Below are positions 1-8,860 of a stretch of DNA of 46,836 nucleotides, in pieces. The notes below the pieces were generated by a model. That model was not told where the DNA came from, searched no databases, and was given only the letters and a program-made list of their open reading frames with translations. This DNA is from Eubacteriales bacterium. Its GTDB lineage: Bacteria; Bacillota; Clostridia; Lachnospirales; Lachnospiraceae. The position numbers and the translations under genes are program-made. Location: contig JAUNEM010000002.1 in assembly GCA_030525515.1 (NCBI GenBank), forward strand, positions 1-46,836, given 5' to 3'. The first letter of the stretch is position 1. Each line of letters begins with the position of its first letter.

Positions 1-609
1 GTTGTGGCAGCGGACGATGACCTTGGCCTTATTGTCGGGAACGATCTTGATCAGGTTGTTGGGGCAGGCCTTGACGCAGGCGCTGCAACTTGTGCACTTG
101 TCGCGGTTGACAACAGCGACACCCTTGATCACATGGATGGCATCAAACTCACAGGCAGCTTCACAGTCGCCCAGTCCCAGACATCCGTTGGGGCAGGCCT
201 TGGAGCCGCCGAAGAGCTGCTTGGCAGCCTTACAGGTCGGAATATCCGAATACTCATAGAGTTTTGCGGCATTGTTTGTTGTGCCGTTGCACATGACAAA
301 GGCAACCTGTTTTTCCATACCGTCCGCGCTCTTGCCCAGGATCGCGGCGAGCTTCTCCGCGCAGGCAGGTCCGCCGACCGCACACTTGGTGCAGGGAACA
401 CCGTCGGGATCGTCCGTCAGGGCATGTGCGTAATCATCGCAGCCCGCATAGCCGCAGCCGCCGCAGTTTGCGCCGGGAAGCTCTGCACGCAGGGCGATAA
501 ACCTCTCATCTTCCTGTACGTGGAAAACCTTGGAGGCATACGCAAGAATGATAGAAGCGATCAGTCCGACGACAACAACGAGTACGACCGGAATAATGAT
601 CTGGCTCAT
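1..609 (-). CDS. rnfB: Rnf electron transport complex subunit B (5' part; runs off window)
   Basis: Read manually from ATG at 609 (not in the ORF track): MSQIIIPVVLVVVVGLIASIILAYASKVFHV...LPGANCGGCGYAGC. N-terminal TM plus the RnfB FeS motif; follows rnfA. Confidence 0.93.
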   Translation of the reverse strand, partial: MSQIIIPVVLVVVVGLIASIILAYASKVFHVQEDERFIALRAELPGANCGGCGYAGCDDYAHALTDDPDGVPCTKCAVGGPACAEKLAAILGKSADGMEKQVAFVMCNGTTNNAAKLYEYSDIPTCKAAKQLFGGSKACPNGCLGLGDCEAACEFDAIHVIKGVAVVNRDKCTSCSACVKACPNNLIKIVPDNKAKVIVRCHN

Positions 610-624
610 CAGTAACCTCCTTCC

Positions 625-1203
625 TTACGAGAACATACCGCCGAATCCCATGAAGCTCAGGGACATGATGGCCGCAGTGATCAGGATGATCGGAACGCCC
701 TGGAAGGACTTCGGGATACGGCTCTGGTCCACGAGTTTGGAACGGACACCTGCCATGATGATCATCGCAAAGAGGAAACCGAGGCCGGCGCCGAACGCGT
801 TGAAGAGGGACTGGGGATAGTTGTAACCGCTGTCAATGTTGCTGATGCAGACACCGAGAACAGCACAGTTGGTCGTGATCAGGGGAAGGTAGATTCCCAG
901 AGACTTGTACAGGGAGACCATGTTCTTCTTCATGAACATCTCGATCAGCTGCACGAGGGCGGCGATGACGAGAATGAAGACAACGGTCTGCAGGTAGCCG
1001 ATGCCCTTGCTGTCAAGGAACTGCTGGATCGGCCATGTAACGGCAGTCGCCAGGACCATAACGAAGGTAACGGCGATGCCCATGCCCTTGGCGCTGTCCA
1101 TGTCCTTGGAGACGCCCAGGAAGGGGCAGATGCCCAGGAACTGTGCCAGGGGGTAGTTGTTGACGAGGACCATGCTGATAATGATGATCACATATTTAAT
1201 CAT
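625..1203 (-). CDS. rnfA: Rnf subunit A
   Basis: Hydrophobic 192 aa with FLGICPFLGVS and YLPLITTNCAVLG motifs. Confidence 0.95.
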   Translation of the reverse strand: MIKYVIIIISMVLVNNYPLAQFLGICPFLGVSKDMDSAKGMGIAVTFVMVLATAVTWPIQQFLDSKGIGYLQTVVFILVIAALVQLIEMFMKKNMVSLYKSLGIYLPLITTNCAVLGVCISNIDSGYNYPQSLFNAFGAGLGFLFAMIIMAGVRSKLVDQSRIPKSFQGVPIILITAAIMSLSFMGFGGMFS

Positions 1204-1206
1204 GGA

Positions 1207-1896
1207 TTATGCCACCTCCCCTTTTACGCAGTTGCTGCCGTCGGCGCACTCATCGGCGCTCGCGCAGCCGTCGCATCCGAAGCCGTCCTTAATCTTGCTC
1301 TTGTCGGTCGTGATATAGTGGACAAAGGCCATGACGATCGCGTAGACGAAGAAACCGCCGGGAACGAGGGTCATGATGCTCATGCCGGGCATAACCCTGG
1401 AGAGGACCGGAATGCCGCACCATGTGCCCGCGCCGAGGAGCTCACGGATGGAGCCCATGATGACGAGGGTGAAGGTGAAGCCGAGGCCCATGCCGATTCC
1501 GTCGAGAGCGGAATCAAAGATGGTGTTCTTGTTGGCAAACATCTCCGCACGGCCCAGGATGATGCAGTTAACAACGATCAGTGGAAGATACAGACCCAGG
1601 GACTTATCCAGAGCCGGCGCAAACGCCTTGACGACCAGCTGGACGATCGTGACGAAGCCCGCGATGACCGTGATGTAGCAGGGGATACGCACGCTGTCGG
1701 GAATGATCTTGCGGAGCATGGAGATAACAATGTTGGAGCAGACCAGAACCGCCATAGCGGAGAGGCCCATACCGAAACCATTCGTGACTGAAGTAGATGT
1801 GGCAAGTGTCGGGCAGGTACCGATGACAAGCACCAGGACCGGGTTCTCTTTGATGAGTCCGTTTGCCAGAATCGCAAGTTTATTCTTTTTTTCCAT
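1207..1896 (-). CDS. rnfE: Rnf subunit E
   Basis: ENPVLVLVIGTCPTLA, VRIPCYI and LIVVNCIILGRAE motifs; Cys-rich C-terminal tail. Confidence 0.95.
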   Translation of the reverse strand: MEKKNKLAILANGLIKENPVLVLVIGTCPTLATSTSVTNGFGMGLSAMAVLVCSNIVISMLRKIIPDSVRIPCYITVIAGFVTIVQLVVKAFAPALDKSLGLYLPLIVVNCIILGRAEMFANKNTIFDSALDGIGMGLGFTFTLVIMGSIRELLGAGTWCGIPVLSRVMPGMSIMTLVPGGFFVYAIVMAFVHYITTDKSKIKDGFGCDGCASADECADGSNCVKGEVA

Positions 1897-2489
1897 TACT
1901 GTGCACCTCCCATCGCTGCATACTGACTCAGGGCGGCAGCCACACCGGAGTGGATGGCCTGTCCGGAAACGGACGCGCCGGAGATAAATGCAAAGGTTCC
2001 ACCGGATGCCAGATCCGCATTTTCCTTTTTGATATCCGCGGCATTATTCAGAGCAGTGAGACCGCTGTACTGTGCCAGATAAGCGGGATCCTGGTCCTTG
2101 GTACCGACACCGGGAGTGTCTGCGTGCTCAGTGACCTTGACGCCCGTGATCGCGCCCTCGCCGTCGATACCGACCATCATGGTCAGCGCGCCGCCGAAGG
2201 ATGTGGTCTCGACCGTCATGACATAACCGGAACCATTATCCGCTGCATAGACTTCCTGGACAAGGGCCTTGCCGTCCTCGGAGCCCTGCATCTCTGTGTC
2301 TTCTACCTGCGTGAAGCTGTCTGCCGAAGGAAGGATCTCCTGTCTGGCGGCGACCGCCACTGCTTCATTGTTGGCAATGATGATCGGATTGGCGATCTTG
2401 TAGGTGAATGCCAGAGCGAGTGAGACTACAAGGCAGATGCAGCTCAGCACCACGACGGGTGCGATAAAGCTTTCTTTAGACTTATTCAT
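1896..2489 (-). CDS. rnfG: Rnf subunit G (FMN-binding)
   Basis: N-terminal TM, HADTPGVG, flavinylation-like SGAS; lies between rnfD and rnfE. Confidence 0.9.
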   Translation of the reverse strand: MNKSKESFIAPVVVLSCICLVVSLALAFTYKIANPIIIANNEAVAVAARQEILPSADSFTQVEDTEMQGSEDGKALVQEVYAADNGSGYVMTVETTSFGGALTMMVGIDGEGAITGVKVTEHADTPGVGTKDQDPAYLAQYSGLTALNNAADIKKENADLASGGTFAFISGASVSGQAIHSGVAAALSQYAAMGGAQ

Positions 2490-2501
2490 TTCACACCCTC
2501 C

Positions 2502-3581
2502 TTATGCTTTTTTCTCTGCGGCAGCCGCTGCCTTGGCAGCTTCTTTTCTGCGCTTGCTGATGCCGTAGAAACGGTCCTGTGCGAAGTTGTCCAGGAGCGG
2601 AGTCATGATGTTCATGAACAGGATCGCAAAAGATACACCTTCAGGATAAGAGCAGAACAGACGGATGATCATGGTCACAAGACCGCAGCCGATGCCGAAC
2701 AGGACCTTGCCCAGCGGCATGATCGGGGATGTGACATAATCCGTCGCACAGAAGACCGCGCCGAACATGACGCCGCCCGCGCATACATGGAAGCAGGCCA
2801 TGTAGAGAGCGGACATGCCTTCGGGAGTATTTCCGCTGATGGTGTAGTACAGGAAGGCAAAGATGAAAACTGTGCCGACAAAGAATACCGGGATGATCGG
2901 GGAGATGATCTTCATGGCGATCAGGAAGATCGCGCCGATCAGGATTGCGATGACGCAGGTCTCACCCATGGCGCCGCCGATGTTGCCCAGGAACATATCC
3001 TTCAGTTTAGGGCAGTAGGTCAGGTCTCCGTCCGCAAGATATCCCAGGGGTGTGGCGCCGGTCACGGCGTCGATGCCCGCCTTCTGGAATCTGGTCAGAG
3101 GCCATGTGGACATATAGGAAGTAAAGGACAGGAACAGGGTGATACGGCCGACGATCGCGGGGTTCGCGAAGTTCCTTCCCATGCCGCCGAAAAGCTGTTT
3201 GACAACAACGATCGCGACAAAGCTTCCGATGATGCAGATCAGGATCGGCATAAAGATGGGATACTCAATGCCGTCCAGATGCGTGAGGTTGGCAGGCAGG
3301 TTCAGGGCCAGGATCAGGCCTGTGACCAGGGCACTTCCGTCGCGCACGGTGTTGGGCTTGTTGAGAAGTTTCTCATAGGCCCACTCAAAGAAGGCGCTGC
3401 AGATCATGCATACCGCGATCATTACGATTGCGGGAATGCCGAAATAAAGGACGCTCATAAATGCAGCAGGTAAGAGGGCTGCCACAACATACAGCATGGT
3501 CCTGGTTGTATCCAGGCTCGTCACCAGATGCGGCGAGGAGGATACGGTCAGATTATCATGATATTTCGTATTACTTGCCAT
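2502..3581 (-). CDS. rnfD: Rnf subunit D
   Basis: SSSPH, KQLFGGMGRNFANPA, DAVTGATPL (FMN-Thr) and YPEGVSFAIL motifs. Confidence 0.95.
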   Translation of the reverse strand: MASNTKYHDNLTVSSSPHLVTSLDTTRTMLYVVAALLPAAFMSVLYFGIPAIVMIAVCMICSAFFEWAYEKLLNKPNTVRDGSALVTGLILALNLPANLTHLDGIEYPIFMPILICIIGSFVAIVVVKQLFGGMGRNFANPAIVGRITLFLSFTSYMSTWPLTRFQKAGIDAVTGATPLGYLADGDLTYCPKLKDMFLGNIGGAMGETCVIAILIGAIFLIAMKIISPIIPVFFVGTVFIFAFLYYTISGNTPEGMSALYMACFHVCAGGVMFGAVFCATDYVTSPIMPLGKVLFGIGCGLVTMIIRLFCSYPEGVSFAILFMNIMTPLLDNFAQDRFYGISKRRKEAAKAAAAAEKKA

Positions 3582-4896
3582 TGGTGCTCGCCTCCCTTAC
3601 CATTCCCTTGCCAAGCTTGTTCATAAAGGCCAGAGGACGATGCGCAGGGCAGACATAGGAGCAGCTTCCGCACTCCATGCACTGCATGACCTTCAGGTCA
3701 TTCAGGCGCCCGACATCGCCGGCCTCATATGCGTCCGCAAAGCCGGTGGGCAGCAGGCCGAAAGGACATGCCTTGTGGCATCTGCCGCAGTTGATACAGG
3801 CTGTCTCCTCCGGAATCCAGGCCTGTTCCCTGGAAAACGCGAGGATAGCGTTGTTGTTTTTGACAACAGGCATTCTGTCTGAGAAGACCGCGCGTCCCAT
3901 CATGGGTCCGCCCATAAGGATCTTCTTCGGAGGTTTGCGGTAGCCGCCGCAGAACTCGATGATATCGCAGATCTCTGTTCCGATCGGAGCCACGATGTTC
4001 TTGGGCTCGGATACGGCATCACCGTCTACTGTCATGCGCTTTTTGACAAGCGGCACACCATCTTTGAGATACTGGCCCACAAACGCGATGGATGTCACGT
4101 TGGAGACAATGCATCCCAGATCTGCGGGAAGCACACCTGCATCACAGGTTTTGCCGGTCACTTCGTAGATCAGGACACGCTCAGCCCCCTTGGGATAGCT
4201 TGCCTTGAGCGGGAATGTATGCATGACATTATCAATGCCCTGCTCCGCAAACATACTCTCAAAATTATCAATAGCATCTTGTTTGTTGTCCTCGATGCCA
4301 ATGTAGCACTCGTCGATCTCGAGGTACTTCATGACTGCGAGGGCGCCGTCGATTACGTTCTGTGCATCTTCCAGCATGGTCCTGTGGTCGGAAGTGATGA
4401 AAGGCTCGCACTCCGCGCCGTTGATGATCAGGACTTTGACGCCGTCCATGTTCTTCGGATTGAACTTCAGCCAGGTCGGGAATGACGCGCCGCCCAGACC
4501 GACGAGACCGCTGGCCTTGATCGCGTCCACAAATTCCTTGTGGTTTGTCACGACCGGAGGCGCAATCTCCGGATCCATGGTCTGCTGTCCGTCAGTCTCG
4601 ATGCAGACCAGCGTATCCATACCGCCCATCGCGTTTCTCTGTGTCTCGATCCCGGTAACTTTACCGGAGACACTCGAGTGAACGGGGACGTGCAGAAACG
4701 CATCTGTGTCACCAATTTTCTGACCGACGAGGACCGTGTCCCCCTTCTTTACAAGGGGCTGACAGGGCGCACCAATGTTTTGCGACATGGAGATCCTGAC
4801 GGAAGCAGGAACCGGCATGACCTCTGTCGCACTCCCGGCCGTGTGTTTGTAATGGCCGGCGTTAATGCTGTTCAAATGCTTGGATTTGAAAAACAT
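3571..4896 (-). CDS. rnfC: Rnf subunit C
   Basis: GLVGLGGASFPT, NGAECEP, GGPMMG and two CxxCxxCxxxCP motifs; RBS GGAGG. Confidence 0.96.
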   Translation of the reverse strand: MFFKSKHLNSINAGHYKHTAGSATEVMPVPASVRISMSQNIGAPCQPLVKKGDTVLVGQKIGDTDAFLHVPVHSSVSGKVTGIETQRNAMGGMDTLVCIETDGQQTMDPEIAPPVVTNHKEFVDAIKASGLVGLGGASFPTWLKFNPKNMDGVKVLIINGAECEPFITSDHRTMLEDAQNVIDGALAVMKYLEIDECYIGIEDNKQDAIDNFESMFAEQGIDNVMHTFPLKASYPKGAERVLIYEVTGKTCDAGVLPADLGCIVSNVTSIAFVGQYLKDGVPLVKKRMTVDGDAVSEPKNIVAPIGTEICDIIEFCGGYRKPPKKILMGGPMMGRAVFSDRMPVVKNNNAILAFSREQAWIPEETACINCGRCHKACPFGLLPTGFADAYEAGDVGRLNDLKVMQCMECGSCSYVCPAHRPLAFMNKLGKGMVREASTNGK

Positions 4897-5267
4897 AAGT
4901 TAGCTCCTCCCTTTCCTCAAATGTAACTTATGAACACTGCGCCAGAACCTCACACCCCCACAGCGGGTTCCTTTCGCAGAATGTTCCTTGCCTGTACTCG
5001 CGCTGTGAGAATGACCCACAGACTCACATAAAAGAAGCATCGCGGCACTTCCGGCTTGCAACCAAAGATAAACCGGTTCTTCCGGCGCCTCAGGACAGCC
5101 CGGCGGCAGTCCGGAACGGCGGATCACCTGCTTCCGCCACACACGCAAAAACCGGTTTCGCGGTCGCGAAACTTCCCCTGTAAAAAAGTACACTGTTATT
5201 ATTATAGTCCATATTTTGTTTTCCTGCTCGTCAAAAATCACAACATATAACTAAAAATTGTTCCTTT

Positions 5268-5288
5268 TTGGATACAGATTGTATACAC
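5268..5288. promoter_or_regulatory. Tandem imperfect TTGTATACAA-type boxes upstream of rnf (possible operator)
   Basis: TTGGATACAG (5268-5277) and TTGTATACAC (5279-5288) in the AT-rich region upstream of rnfC. Confidence 0.3.
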
Positions 5289-5389
5289 ATTTACTGACCG
5301 GAGCTGCCGGGAATCCGGCAGACCGCTGCCGGAGCTCCGCATTATCCGCCGTTCATGATCGTGGAGACCGTGAACAGTAACCAGGAATC

Positions 5390-7072
5390 TTACTTAAGAC
5401 AGGAGTCGAGAAAATCAAATCTCCTCGCAATCCAGTCCTCCATTCTCTCCATGGCTTCCTCCGGAGTATTCTCCTGCGGCCATCTCTCCATCTCCCTGGC
5501 AAGCGCTCCGCTCCTGCGCAGTGTATCATAATTGGATCTTGCGGCCGCGCAGACATAATCGGCGCTGATCCCGCCTTTCCTCCACTCTTTCCACTGATCA
5601 CAGAGGATGTCCCTCATAGAGGGGTCCTCCGCCAGAAATGCCTCAAAATCCCAGCTGCTGTCCTTCCCGGGCTGATACGCGTCAGCTGTGAAATAATCAA
5701 AATAATTGAATTTGTTTTCCGGATCATAGAGAAAGACATCCCCGAACACATAGTTGAGATCCCATATTGTCCTGAAGAGATCATACCCTGTATCCGGACG
5801 GCGCCTGCAGACCAGGAAAGTGTTTTTCCAGTTATTGTCCATAGCATGGGTCATGGCGCAGAACAGGCTCATCTCAGCCATATTCTTCCGGTCTATGTGA
5901 AGACCCGCTTCGTTCAGGGCCGCCGGATCCCCGTTTTTAAAACAGAATTCATGAAAGGCCTGCATGGGCTTCCATGTGGCGGTCCGGTCCCACTGCAGAG
6001 GATAACGGATCTCCACACATGTAAAGCCCTTGTCGTTCAGAATCTCCAGGTCCTGTCCTTCTTCCGCCTCGTCGTAGAGATCTATGTATGGATACTCGTC
6101 ATTCCACCTGTCAATCTTATAGAGCAGGTCGCCCTCAGAGAGATTGAGCTGTTTCTTGTCGACAGGTTCCATCAGGCCGTAAATACCCTGATAAGAATCA
6201 TCCAGAAAAAATTCCGTATACCGGATTCTCGAGGACGGCACCGGATTGTCCGAGAGCTCCCCTGTCCGTTCCCAGAGAGCATAGGCTGTCGCCTCTCTGA
6301 CCCTGGTCTCGTCGGAGAACAAAGGATTGAGGATCCAGTCGTCATCGGTCCGCAGATCCAGAAGTCCTGCTTTGTAGTTTCCTCCTCTGAGATCCGTCAG
6401 GCTGATCTTGTATGGCTTCTTTTTCAGGAGGGAGGTCACATTCCCCCTGACGTGAAAAGAACAGTTCAGCTTCCGGGCTCCCTGCAATCCCTCTGATCCC
6501 AAAGGGGAAACAAGGGTGATCCTCCCCGTATGATTCTCTTTGCGGACGATTTCCTCAGGGTCAAGCTTATGGATGCAGAGAGTGGGAAGGCCTGTCAATA
6601 CCACATTGAATTCCAGAATTTCCCCCTCTGTATCCAGGAGCGCGCGGAAGGCATGCCCCTCCTCGACCGCGTCGGAAAGCGTATCCATCGCCTGATCGGC
6701 CGCGTACCAGATGCGGCTCTTATGATCAGCCGGGGTCAGCCTGCCAAGGACTTCCTGCCAGGTCACTCCCGCATCCGTGCAGTATGGGATATAGACGGTC
6801 GCGGACGCCGCGTCTACAGCTGCCTCTCCGCCGTCCCACAAAAGCAGATCGGAAGAAAAGGCAGTCTCCGCTTCTTTTTCCGCAGCTGCCTGTCTCTTTT
6901 TCTCAAACTTTTTTTCCGACAGCACGCTGTCTTCCACTTCTGCCGCTTTCTTCGATCCGCCCGGGAGACTCTTTTTCCCTGCCGGTTCTCCGTCAGTATC
7001 ATGCATCAGCACAAGAGCCATGGCCGCTATGATGATCACCGCGAACAGGGCTGTAAAAATTTTCTTTCTCAT
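5390..7072 (-). CDS. CotH-family secreted/membrane-anchored kinase
   Basis: Likely start MRKKIFTALF (signal/TM). CotH-type motifs VRGNVTS..KKPYKI, DDDWIL, YQGIYGLMEPVD, DNNWKN, IWDLNYVFG. Confidence 0.85.
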   Translation of the reverse strand: MRKKIFTALFAVIIIAAMALVLMHDTDGEPAGKKSLPGGSKKAAEVEDSVLSEKKFEKKRQAAAEKEAETAFSSDLLLWDGGEAAVDAASATVYIPYCTDAGVTWQEVLGRLTPADHKSRIWYAADQAMDTLSDAVEEGHAFRALLDTEGEILEFNVVLTGLPTLCIHKLDPEEIVRKENHTGRITLVSPLGSEGLQGARKLNCSFHVRGNVTSLLKKKPYKISLTDLRGGNYKAGLLDLRTDDDWILNPLFSDETRVREATAYALWERTGELSDNPVPSSRIRYTEFFLDDSYQGIYGLMEPVDKKQLNLSEGDLLYKIDRWNDEYPYIDLYDEAEEGQDLEILNDKGFTCVEIRYPLQWDRTATWKPMQAFHEFCFKNGDPAALNEAGLHIDRKNMAEMSLFCAMTHAMDNNWKNTFLVCRRRPDTGYDLFRTIWDLNYVFGDVFLYDPENKFNYFDYFTADAYQPGKDSSWDFEAFLAEDPSMRDILCDQWKEWRKGGISADYVCAAARSNYDTLRRSGALAREMERWPQENTPEEAMERMEDWIARRFDFLDSCLK

Positions 7073-7206
7073 GATCGCCTCTTTATAAGCCGGAAAACAC
7101 ATTGCACGGGCTGTGTCATAGAGAAACAGCGCCTGCTCCTTGAGGCAGACGCTGGTCACTCTTAAGGGATTTTTCATAAACAGCTCATTCCGGGTAAGCC
7201 ATGTCA

Positions 7207-7271
7207 CCGTTCGTATAAAGATACACTGTACCCGGATCGTGCCGCCGTTCGTTTAAAGATACACTGTACCC
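7207..7271. repeat. 27-bp direct repeat (period 38) duplicating the stop region of the Wzz-like gene
   Basis: ccgttcgt(a/t)taaagatacactgtaccc at 7207-7233 and 7245-7271; 1 mismatch. Confidence 0.9.
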
Positions 7272-8686
7272 AGAATCGGCTTGCCCGACGACAGGATCAT
7301 TTCCACTTCCTCAGAGACATCTCTGAAGGAACTTGCGCCGATCTCTTCGACGACAATACAGGCATCCGCCTGGCGCAGGCGCCGGATCGCGGAGGCGTCT
7401 TCTGTGAGATTTGAAGATGCCTCATAGGACACAGGGCTGTTATCCTTCTTTGCGTGCTTGTTGAGGGTGTTGGTAAAGGAGGAAAGCCTGGTCGGCTCGA
7501 TCGTTCCTGCGACGATGACGGAACTGACATTGGCGGGAACAGCGTAGTTTTCGACTCTCGCCGCAAGCACATCATAGGCCGCGGAAACAGACATGTCGGG
7601 GGCATCGTTCACAAGTTTATCCACGAGTCTGTCAAGAGGGAAGCGGCTTTTTCCGCGCCGGTTTCCGGCAGGCATCGTGATCAGGTTTCTGAGTCCGTAG
7701 GCGATATTGATCTCGTCATCCGTGAGGATCTTTCCGGTCATCAGAATGTGGATCGCATACAGGAGGATCATCAGGAAAATACCGCCGGCCATGCCGACGA
7801 TTCCGTATTTGATCCCGTGCTTGATGATCGTCTTCATCGAAGCGCCGGCTGCCACGCTGGGTTTGATCAGTTCCTTGAGGGCAGTCTGGGAAGTCTGCAG
7901 GTTTTTCTGCAGAGTCGCGATCGAATTCTGGAGCTCGGTCTGCTGCTGGAGAAGGGCTGTATCAACCACGACCTCCTCACTGCGGCTGACCACGTTCAGC
8001 TCATATTCTCCGATCGTTTTAACCAGATGATCCCGGTTGTCCTCAAGCGCCTTCTGAATGACATCCATGATCTCGGAGGACATCTTCATATCCATGCTTC
8101 GGGCCTGTACCTTGAAGACACTGCTGAAGTGGTACTGGTCCGCGACTACCGTGACCAGCTCCCTGATACTCTGCTCAGGCACATCATACTTCTCGGCGAT
8201 CTTGTCATAGGAGATTCCGTTTAAAATAAAGTCGGTGCAGGCATGAGCGGCATTGCTGGCGTTGACCGCGGAGGCGGAAGACGCATCGGCTTTGTCCGCG
8301 TTCTCGAGTCCGGGGGTGCGCGCCACGAACGTCACGCTGGAAACACATTCATTATGGGGGTCGAGCTGCATCAGCAGGGACTCATTGAAATACTTCTGCT
8401 TGGAATCAATCTTGGTCTGGAATTTCTCAATCGAGGTCGAATAAGCCTCGACAGAAGAATTGTAGATTTCCATTGCCGCCAGATATTCTTCCTGGGCCAC
8501 ATTGGAAACGCCTCTGTTGCGGTATTCGCGAATAACCTTCATGCCGGCCAGAAGCATTGCGAGAATAAGTCCCACGAGCAGCATACTGCGCCAGCGGCGG
8601 AAAGTCAGAAGCAAAAGTCTGGGGAGACTGACCTCCCTCATTTTGGACCCCGGCTGATTTTGATTTACATAGTTTTGATTACCCAA
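7253..8686 (-). CDS. Polysaccharide co-polymerase / chain-length determinant (Wzz-like) with degenerate C-terminal domain
   Basis: EVSL..LL....RRWR plus TM1, coiled coil, KYGIVG TM2, C-terminal ILGTV; TTG start with GGAGG RBS; lies in a glycan locus. Confidence 0.7.
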   Translation of the reverse strand: MGNQNYVNQNQPGSKMREVSLPRLLLLTFRRWRSMLLVGLILAMLLAGMKVIREYRNRGVSNVAQEEYLAAMEIYNSSVEAYSTSIEKFQTKIDSKQKYFNESLLMQLDPHNECVSSVTFVARTPGLENADKADASSASAVNASNAAHACTDFILNGISYDKIAEKYDVPEQSIRELVTVVADQYHFSSVFKVQARSMDMKMSSEIMDVIQKALEDNRDHLVKTIGEYELNVVSRSEEVVVDTALLQQQTELQNSIATLQKNLQTSQTALKELIKPSVAAGASMKTIIKHGIKYGIVGMAGGIFLMILLYAIHILMTGKILTDDEINIAYGLRNLITMPAGNRRGKSRFPLDRLVDKLVNDAPDMSVSAAYDVLAARVENYAVPANVSSVIVAGTIEPTRLSSFTNTLNKHAKKDNSPVSYEASSNLTEDASAIRRLRQADACIVVEEIGASSFRDVSEEVEMILSSGKPILGTVYL

Positions 8687-8860
8687 AATATTCCTCCCAA
8701 ATCGATTCGGTGGTCTGCCGTCCGGTGACAGATCTGTTCTGACCCGGAGCGGTCAGTCAAATCCTGCAGACCCTGTTATCGGTCCCGATAATCCGTCTTA
8801 TTATAGCATAGTGCACAGTACGGCGCAAAGAACCGTTTTTTCTTCCGTGAACAGTGACCG

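Noticed and set aside
4900-5241. 113-aa ORF upstream of rnfC
   Set aside because: No RBS or motif; overlaps the probable promoter/leader
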